A stretch of DNA of 13,085 nt, taken from Candidatus Poribacteria bacterium (GTDB taxonomy: Bacteria; Poribacteria; WGA-4E; UBA9662). Location of the stretch: assembly GCA_046582655.1 (NCBI GenBank), contig JAYGDX010000050.1, positions 1 to 13,085 of the forward strand. The letters run 5' to 3'. Positions 6,408-13,085 of this stretch are shown here, one piece after another. Positions within the stretch are counted from its first letter, which is position 1. Every line of letters begins with the position of its first letter. The notes under the pieces are model-generated. The model searched no databases. It saw only the letters and a list, made by a program, of their open reading frames with translations, and was not told where the DNA came from. The position numbers and the translations under genes are program-made.

Positions 6408-9400
6408 GCAATCTGCATTTCGCGGAGCCACAATGGTTCCACTTATTTTGGGGCGTTGCGTGTTTACTTGTTGTTGTGATTTGGTTGGAGCATCGTTTAG
6501 GCGGCGACCTTTCCCTATTTATGCACCCTGTTTTGCAATCACGTTTGGTGAAGAATCCTTCCCCAGCTAGAAGGTATTTACGAATCATCTTACTTGTTCT
6601 TTGTGGATGTTTCCTGATACTGTCACTGATGCGACCTCAGTGGGGATTCCAATTTGTTGCTACTCCCAGAGTGGGTGCAGAAATCATGGTCTGTCTAGAC
6701 GTATCCAAATCCATGTTGGCTGAAGATGTTGCCCCCAGTCGACTGGAACGGGCAAAAGCGGAGTTAACTGATCTTCTTACCTATCTGGATGGAGATCAAG
6801 TTGGTTTAATCGCCTTTGCTGGTCGTGCATCAGTGTTGTCGCCATTAACCCCAGATTTTGGGTTTCTGAGATTGGTCTTGGATCAAGCTGGCCCCCATAC
6901 TGTTGTGCGGGGAGGCACTCGATTAGAGGAGCCTATTCGCAAGGCCATAGCTGGCTTCGGTGATACGGCAGATATTTCAAGATCTATTTTACTTATCACA
7001 GATGGCGAAGACCACGATTCATTTCCTATTGAAGCGGCCAAAGATGCAGCGGAAAGGGGAGTTCGTATTCTCTCCATTGGGTTTGGGGATGAAAATGGCA
7101 GTGAGATAATGATGACGGATCCAAAAACTGGAGCGCGCAGTATGTTAAGGGATGGTGATGGGGAAATTGTAAAGAGTCGCTTGGACGGCGACTTATTGCG
7201 TGAAATAGCGTTCTTAACAGAAGGCGCTTACATTCCTGCAGGTACTGGTGTACTGGATCTCAAATCTATATTTGATACTCATATTGCTGGCTTAACTCGA
7301 GGTGAAATGGATGGAAGGGGTAGAACTGTTCGGAACGATTCGTTTCAAATCACCTTGTTGTTGGGGTTGTTAAGTTTACTGGGTGCTGTGGTTAGTACGA
7401 TCGGTAGTGGCCAGATGAGTTCTGGGTCAACAATTACCTCGCAGAAACATGGAATAGTCAGTTTAACAATCCTCAGTGTTATGTTTTTGAGCAATACTAC
7501 TATTATCATTGTTATTATGCTGCTATCGCTTTTTTCAGTTGATGCCCTAGCACAACAGAATGATAAGCAGCCAGTTGTTATTTTTGATGAAACAGCCCCT
7601 CCATCTGATGAATCAGCGTCCCTTAATATAGAGGCAGAGGAAGGAGAACAGGCTGCAAATTCGAGAGAGAAGGAAAAAGATCCCAGAACCATTTATAACG
7701 AAGCACTGCAAAAATTTGACGCCGATTTGTGGGACCAAGCTGGTAGATTATTCAGGGAGGCGAGAAGAAACGCTGGAACTGATAGTGTCGTACGATACAA
7801 TGCTACTTATAATCTGGGTTGGGTGGAAGTTGAAAGAGCCGACAGTCTTCTGGAAACTGAACCAAAGTCTGCTCTGGAATCTCTGTATAGAGCAGCTGAC
7901 TGGTTTAGAGAAGCCGTTACTTTGAGAGATGATATAGACGCTCGTCACAATTTGGAAGTCGTTTTAAAACGCGCTATGGTATTGTCTGATTCTCTGGGGG
8001 AAATTGAAAAGGGCGATCTGTTGAAGAAAGTCAATGAAACCATTGTAATACAAAGGGAATTTTTAGACGTTGTTCGGAAGGAAGTGGATTTAGGGGAGGT
8101 GGAAACTTACACAAGTAAACAGTCACGGCGAAAACTTCGATCATTGGCTGTTCAGCAATTAGATGTGTTGTCAGAAAGCCAACAGCTTACTAAAGATGCT
8201 GGTCGTGAAGTTGATAGTCTGCGCGGAAAAAATGAGAGTGATCAAACTCCAGAAGACAAGATGCGGGTTGCACAGTTGGAAAGGCTTTTACATTATCTGC
8301 ATCGAAGTCAGGAGCGAATGGGGCAAGCTAGACGTCGCCTTCGAACTTCCCAGATAGAAAGAGCATATCGTCGTGCAGCAACTGCGCTTACTGAACTAAA
8401 GCGAGGTCGGGACCAACTACTTGATCCAGTCACACGCATTGATGTGTTGCTCAATGATAGTGTGGAATTAATTCAACAAACAGGTGTCAAAGCTAATCAA
8501 GGAGAAAAATTGTCTCTACAACCAGGTCGAGGGTTACCAGTCTGGTTGACAGGAGAATACTTGACAGATACCCAAACCAGTTTAAGTGAACGTGTTCAGG
8601 AACTTTATCAAGGTTTAAGTGCAGGCCTGGCGAACCAAACAGAACAAGAAATGCCAGAGGATCCTGAACAACAACAACTTATTGGAAATTTACAGAAGGC
8701 AGTGCCGTGGATTGGGAAATCCCAGCAGAGATTTTCCGATGCTATTGCTCAACTGGAAAGTTTCTACTATGAAAATGCCATCGGATTACAAAATGAAGGA
8801 ATCACTTCCCTGGCTACTGCTCGCGAGTTTTTTTTGGATTTGCGTCAGCTTATTGAGTCGGTCTATCAAGATCAAATACGAATCCAACAATATTTGGATC
8901 CGTCCGCTGTAAATGAAGTGCCATTCCCTACTGTTAATAATTCATCAACCGATGATTTGATAAGCCGTGGGGCAAGTAAAATTGAATTCTTACAACAGGT
9001 CTCCGAATACTTCCCTTTAATTTCAGAATTTCAAGACAAAAATATAGAAAGAACTGTGCGCTTGGCAAACTTGATAGAGCTTGATTTAAATCAACTCAAT
9101 ATTGTGCAGGAGAAAATGGCCAGTCAGGCTCAAATCGGGGGAAAATCATCCACTAGCAAAAAACAAATTGGTAATATGCTTCCCAGCCAGTCTTCAGCTA
9201 ATCAATCGACTGAACTGGAAGTGGAAAAAACACGTTTGGAAGAAGCTAAGAGGTTGCAGAAAAAAGCGTTGGAACAATTTACATCCAATCGAAAAATTTT
9301 GACTAACCTTATTAGCAAAAAAGGTGTGAATGCTGTTTCGATTTCTTCATTGCGGCCGGTCAAATCGTCAGTGGACAGATCGGTTCAAACTATAGAGCAA

Positions 9401-10060
9401 TTACGCCGTCTGTTCTTCTCCTTAATTGAACATCTTCGAGATACGTCTCAAAAACAAGTGGAGTTGGGGGATGAAACGCAAGATGCCATCACCTTGGCAG
9501 AAACTGCTAGTAAAGCTGAAACTTTGTCCCGCTTGGGGCCTTTGTCAGCAAAGCAGCATTCTCTGTCCGCAGTTACTGATACTATAGCTGATGCTTTAGC
9601 AAAGCAGTCGGAACATATAGTACAACAATCAGCTCAGAACACAGGTCAAAATGTTGACGCGGGTCAGATTCTTGAAAAAATTCAGCGAGCAGGTCAGTTG
9701 GTCAGCGACGCAAAGCTAAAAATGGATAATGTAGTATACATGATGACGAGAGATGAAATCCCTCTTGACGATATTGGACCGCAACAAAAGGCAGCCTCGA
9801 AGAACTTAATCCAAGCGCTTGCTTTATTAGAACCGCCACAGCAGCAGCAAGAACAAGACCAGCAGCAGCAAGAACAAGACCAGCAGCAGCAGGAACAAGA
9901 CCAGCAGCAGCAAGAACAAAACCAGCAGCAGCAACAAGGACAAGGGAATTTAAATCAAATGCTTCAGGGGGTTCGTGATCGCGAGGCGCAGCGTCGTCAG
10001 GACCAAAAAGAAAAGCAAAAACGGAGTTCTGGTTATGAGCCGGTGGAGAAAGACTGGTGA
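6404..10060 (+). CDS. batB: BatB-BatC fusion: vWA, TM/signal-like segment, TPRs, four helical repeats and Gln-rich tail (1218 aa)
   Basis: LMRPQWG, MIDAS DVSKS (aa 99), PSRLERAK, VGLIAFAG and LLITDGEDH are BatB-type. TPR-like YNEALQKF / YNLGWVEV / ARHNLEVV occur at about aa 430-520. The QQQQEQD repeats and terminal VEKDW are BatC-type. Single uninterrupted frame with ATGA overlap to batA. Confidence 0.88.
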   Translation: MSNLHFAEPQWFHLFWGVACLLVVVIWLEHRLGGDLSLFMHPVLQSRLVKNPSPARRYLRIILLVLCGCFLILSLMRPQWGFQFVATPRVGAEIMVCLDVSKSMLAEDVAPSRLERAKAELTDLLTYLDGDQVGLIAFAGRASVLSPLTPDFGFLRLVLDQAGPHTVVRGGTRLEEPIRKAIAGFGDTADISRSILLITDGEDHDSFPIEAAKDAAERGVRILSIGFGDENGSEIMMTDPKTGARSMLRDGDGEIVKSRLDGDLLREIAFLTEGAYIPAGTGVLDLKSIFDTHIAGLTRGEMDGRGRTVRNDSFQITLLLGLLSLLGAVVSTIGSGQMSSGSTITSQKHGIVSLTILSVMFLSNTTIIIVIMLLSLFSVDALAQQNDKQPVVIFDETAPPSDESASLNIEAEEGEQAANSREKEKDPRTIYNEALQKFDADLWDQAGRLFREARRNAGTDSVVRYNATYNLGWVEVERADSLLETEPKSALESLYRAADWFREAVTLRDDIDARHNLEVVLKRAMVLSDSLGEIEKGDLLKKVNETIVIQREFLDVVRKEVDLGEVETYTSKQSRRKLRSLAVQQLDVLSESQQLTKDAGREVDSLRGKNESDQTPEDKMRVAQLERLLHYLHRSQERMGQARRRLRTSQIERAYRRAATALTELKRGRDQLLDPVTRIDVLLNDSVELIQQTGVKANQGEKLSLQPGRGLPVWLTGEYLTDTQTSLSERVQELYQGLSAGLANQTEQEMPEDPEQQQLIGNLQKAVPWIGKSQQRFSDAIAQLESFYYENAIGLQNEGITSLATAREFFLDLRQLIESVYQDQIRIQQYLDPSAVNEVPFPTVNNSSTDDLISRGASKIEFLQQVSEYFPLISEFQDKNIERTVRLANLIELDLNQLNIVQEKMASQAQIGGKSSTSKKQIGNMLPSQSSANQSTELEVEKTRLEEAKRLQKKALEQFTSNRKILTNLISKKGVNAVSISSLRPVKSSVDRSVQTIEQLRRLFFSLIEHLRDTSQKQVELGDETQDAITLAETASKAETLSRLGPLSAKQHSLSAVTDTIADALAKQSEHIVQQSAQNTGQNVDAGQILEKIQRAGQLVSDAKLKMDNVVYMMTRDEIPLDDIGPQQKAASKNLIQALALLEPPQQQQEQDQQQQEQDQQQQEQDQQQQEQNQQQQQGQGNLNQMLQGVRDREAQRRQDQKEKQKRSSGYEPVEKDW
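9839..9934 (+). repeat. In-frame 21-bp tandem repeat (CAGCAGCAGCAAGAACAAGAC), about 4.6 copies, encoding QQQQEQD
   Basis: Copies at 9839 and 9860 are identical, 9881 and 9902 each have one mismatch, and 9923-9934 is a partial copy. Confidence 0.97.
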
Positions 10061-11883
10061 TAAAAAATAAATGTAACGTGAGTCAATATGCAGACCTGAG
10101 GTGTTTAATCTTAGCAGTTTTCCCGGTGTTAATGTTGTTATTTGACTTGTGCAGTTCCCATAGTTGGGCTCAATCAGCAAGTCTTCAAACGGCCCAACGT
10201 CCCCCATATTATTCAGGCGTTCCTTTAGAGTTGCAGGTTGTGGCAGAAGGGTTCGAAGAAAATCCTCAACCACAGCTTGAATTTGAACAGCCAACAGATG
10301 GCTCTTTGGATCTTGTTGGAGTAAGCCCTAACATCAGCTCCAGTATTCAAATTATAAACGGTCGTATGACCCAAAGCCGGAGTGTGGTATTTAAATATCA
10401 TTTGCGTTTTCTGGTGAGAAAGGTGGGCAGTTATCAGGTCGGGCCATTTTCAGTTGTGCAGGGTAATATCCGGAAACGAGTAGCTAGTGCAAAAATTGAT
10501 GTTGAAAAGATACCTATGGCTACTAACCAGCGGATCAAGTTAATCATACCCACAGGTGATCTTTATGTGGGCCAGCGGATACCTGTCAGTTTAGAATGGT
10601 GGGTGGAATCCAATGGCGTCGAAAACCTGATTAATCAGCAGGCTCAAGTGCCTTTGTTTGATCGCCAGGAAGACTTCCAATTTTATGATGAGGATAAGCA
10701 GGAGGATAATACTTTTTCCATATTACTTAATTCCGGTCAACAGACATTTCCAGCCAACGTACGATCAGCCCAAAATCAAGGCAAAACATATGTCGTGTGG
10801 AAAGTCAATCGTGTTATGGTACCTCTGAAGGCTGGAGAATTCGATATTGAACCAGCTTCGGTAAGTGTGGATGAAGGTTTACGTTGGCAGCGTGATCTCT
10901 TTGGTAGACGTACCGCGGCCCAGTCTCGTAAACTAAGAATGGATGACAAGAAACTGAAACTTATGGTGTTACCTTTACCGTTAAAAGGCCGTCCTGCTAG
11001 TTTTGCCGGGGCAGTTGGCAAGGGATTTGTTTTGGAGGTTAGTGCCGATCGATCGGTAGTGCAAGTTGGTGATCCAATTAACGTGACACTTATTTTGAAG
11101 GGAGGTGCAGAGGTAGAAAATGCCTCACTGCCTTCTATTGCCGCTGATTTGCCTAATAGTGATTTCCGGATTCCCGATAGTAAAATTGCGGGAGAATACA
11201 TTAGTGATGGGAAACGTTTTGAACTGATCATCCGGGTCTTGAATAATAGAGTCCGTGAAATCCCACCTATCTCCTACTCATGGTTTGATCCTGATCTGAA
11301 AGAATTTCAAACCACACGTTCGCGCCCCATTGCCCTGTCAGTGAAAGCCGCACAAATGATTTCCGCGCAGGATGTGGTGCGGGCAAACCAAGTTGAGGGA
11401 GGTCCAAAGGAGAAAGAGCCTGAAGTTCAACAAAGCGCCAAAACAACACGACCTGATTTCACCTTAAGTGGCGTCGACCTATCCATTAACAAAGACATCG
11501 ATTTGCTGACCCATTCATCCAGAAATTTTTTGGGAGGGTGGTTGCAACAAGGAATGTCTTATACTCTGGCCTTCATGTTCCTGATTATTGCTTCTATTAT
11601 GAAACGGCGGGCGGATGTGGATCCCGATATTACTAAAAAATTAAAGGAACTAAAATCGCAAAGAAACACAATTTCAACCGCTGCCAGTCTGGGAGATCTA
11701 AGCGATTCTCTTAGACGAATGGCTGCAGTTGCGGAAGTTGTTTCCCGAAAAGAATATGAATCTCTTCTATCTGAGTGTGATGCACTTGAGTATGCACCTG
11801 AGGGTGTGAGTTCAACAGTCGATAGTAGTCTCAGAGATCGAGCCCTAGCATGGGCTGATGCGATGTTAGAGGGGGCGAAATAG
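10057..11883 (+). CDS. batD: BatD-family protein
   Basis: Signal peptide ending SWA-Q, repeated beta-sandwich segments (GSYQVGPFSV, PLKAGEFDIEPASV), PLP-x2-GRPASFAGAVG, VQVGDPINVTL, IPPISYSWFDP and a TM near the C-terminus. GTGA overlap with the upstream stop. Confidence 0.9.
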   Translation: MIKNKCNVSQYADLRCLILAVFPVLMLLFDLCSSHSWAQSASLQTAQRPPYYSGVPLELQVVAEGFEENPQPQLEFEQPTDGSLDLVGVSPNISSSIQIINGRMTQSRSVVFKYHLRFLVRKVGSYQVGPFSVVQGNIRKRVASAKIDVEKIPMATNQRIKLIIPTGDLYVGQRIPVSLEWWVESNGVENLINQQAQVPLFDRQEDFQFYDEDKQEDNTFSILLNSGQQTFPANVRSAQNQGKTYVVWKVNRVMVPLKAGEFDIEPASVSVDEGLRWQRDLFGRRTAAQSRKLRMDDKKLKLMVLPLPLKGRPASFAGAVGKGFVLEVSADRSVVQVGDPINVTLILKGGAEVENASLPSIAADLPNSDFRIPDSKIAGEYISDGKRFELIIRVLNNRVREIPPISYSWFDPDLKEFQTTRSRPIALSVKAAQMISAQDVVRANQVEGGPKEKEPEVQQSAKTTRPDFTLSGVDLSINKDIDLLTHSSRNFLGGWLQQGMSYTLAFMFLIIASIMKRRADVDPDITKKLKELKSQRNTISTAASLGDLSDSLRRMAAVAEVVSRKEYESLLSECDALEYAPEGVSSTVDSSLRDRALAWADAMLEGAK

Positions 11884-11936
11884 TATGGTCAGAAGAGAAG
11901 TCAAATTTTCATATTTAATGGGACACTCAAATAGAA

Positions 11937-12773
11937 GTGGTTAATAAAAACAGAATTGGTATCAAAATCAACGAATGCCTGAAATATCTTGTAATGTTCT
12001 CAACTATAATTATCGCCACTAAGTTTCAAGTGGAGGCGGCTGGGCTCCTTGAAGGTAAGATTAAGCAGGCATTTATGGCTTATGCTCAGGCACAGGAAGC
12101 AACAAAAAGAGAAGATCGCATGGAAAAATTTCAGAGGGCGCAGCATCTCTTTTCCCACGTATCCGAGCAAGGAGTTGGAACTGCCGCTCTTTATACCAAT
12201 ATTGGTACCGCTGCCCTGCAAGCGGAAAACCTTGGGGATGCGGTATTGGCCTTTCGGCGAGCATTGAAATTGGATCCCGACCATTTCCAGGCTTTACAAA
12301 ACCTCCAACAGGCACGCACACTTCTTCCTAATTGGGTACCAAGGCCAACTGAAGAGAGTGTCTTGGATAGTTTTTTTATCTGGCGCAAATCGCTATCCGC
12401 TGCCGAACAGTCGGGCCTCGCTGCATTATTCTTCCTGCTTGCTTCCATAGGATTTTCTATATCAATTCGTTGGCGCTTGATTTTGGCCAGAAACCTTGCC
12501 CTCTTACCTCTGTTGCTGTGGGTGGCACTCGTGGTTTTTTATATAGTTGACATTACTACAAGTGAAGGTCAGGATGCTGTGATAACGGTGGACGACACAA
12601 TTGCAAGAGTTGCAGATTCCATCAATGCCCCGCAGCGATTTTCCCAACCAATGTCGGCAGGAACGGAAGTTGAAGTGCTGGAAGTACGAGATGACTGGGC
12701 CCATGTGAGTTTGTTTAATGGAAGGGATGCTTGGGTTAGTTTTGCTAGTTTGGCTTATATAGCTAATCTGTAA
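11937..12773 (+). CDS. batE: BatE-like TPR / TM / SH3-domain protein
   Basis: TPR ALYTNIGTAALQAENLGDAVLAFRRALKLDP...ALQNL, two TMs, and a C-terminal SH3b-like GTEVEVLEVRDDWAHVSLFNGRDAWV. Start is uncertain (GTG 11937 or ATG 11994). Confidence 0.88.
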   Translation: MVNKNRIGIKINECLKYLVMFSTIIIATKFQVEAAGLLEGKIKQAFMAYAQAQEATKREDRMEKFQRAQHLFSHVSEQGVGTAALYTNIGTAALQAENLGDAVLAFRRALKLDPDHFQALQNLQQARTLLPNWVPRPTEESVLDSFFIWRKSLSAAEQSGLAALFFLLASIGFSISIRWRLILARNLALLPLLLWVALVVFYIVDITTSEGQDAVITVDDTIARVADSINAPQRFSQPMSAGTEVEVLEVRDDWAHVSLFNGRDAWVSFASLAYIANL

Positions 12774-12927
12774 TTGATAAAGATATTAATGAAGTTCAAA
12801 TTGGAGATTGCGAGAGAAATACGTTGGAACTACTTTTTGTGATGCTGGTATAAGTGTCCAGATCGAGAGGTAGTGGTAAATTTCAGAATAGGGGAAGAGG
12901 TGAGGCATTGTCTGATGGGGATAGTGA

Positions 12928-13085
12928 CTACCTTCCACCCATACCCAAAGGCTTTTAGCGGAAGAATACGAAAAACTGCAACAGGCCAAAAACAAAGACG
13001 TACACGATAACTCCAAGGCAACCACCTTGCCCATTGCTCGGGAAATTGTGGAGACCTACGTCCTGGATCCGGTCAAAGTGCCGTG
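12928..13085 (+). pseudogene. Start-less protein-like reading frame fragment running off the right edge
   Basis: After TGA at 12925-12927 the frame reads LPSTHTQRLLAEEYEKLQQAKNKDVHDNSKATTLPIAREIVETYVLDPVKVP. Composition is protein-like, many codons end in G/C, and no start codon precedes the protein-like part. Confidence 0.4.

Noticed and set aside
9839..9934. CRISPR array
   Set aside because: The repeats are contiguous, spacer-less and in frame within a CDS, and there are no cas genes.
2294..12704. Short antisense or alternative-frame ORFs inside the operon genes
   Set aside because: Shadow ORFs of strongly supported CDSs with no independent motifs.
12786..13034. Minus-strand ORFs 12786-13034 and 12830-13021
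   Set aside because: No recognisable features; the + strand frame from 12928 looks more protein-like.

Overview
Bacterial window with a moderately AT-rich appearance and three parts. (1) 1-~2200 is a decayed zone: the 3' end of an IS5-family transposase, a truncated IS630-family transposase, and two relics the ORF track misses (a FabI-like C-terminus on the - strand and a stop-riddled TIR-domain N-terminus on the + strand). (2) 2205-12773 is an intact, tightly coupled + strand MoxR/Bat operon: moxR AAA+ ATPase, DUF58, a single-TM accessory protein, batA (vWA), a 1218-aa BatB-BatC fusion, batD and batE. (3) After 12773 there is a start-less reading-frame fragment. The operon type is well known. 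The most unusual element is the fusion: after vWA, an internal signal-peptide-like segment and TPRs, it carries four tandem ~137-aa predicted four-helix units before the Gln-rich linker and KDW terminus. All family calls come from motif recognition by eye; no database searches were run.
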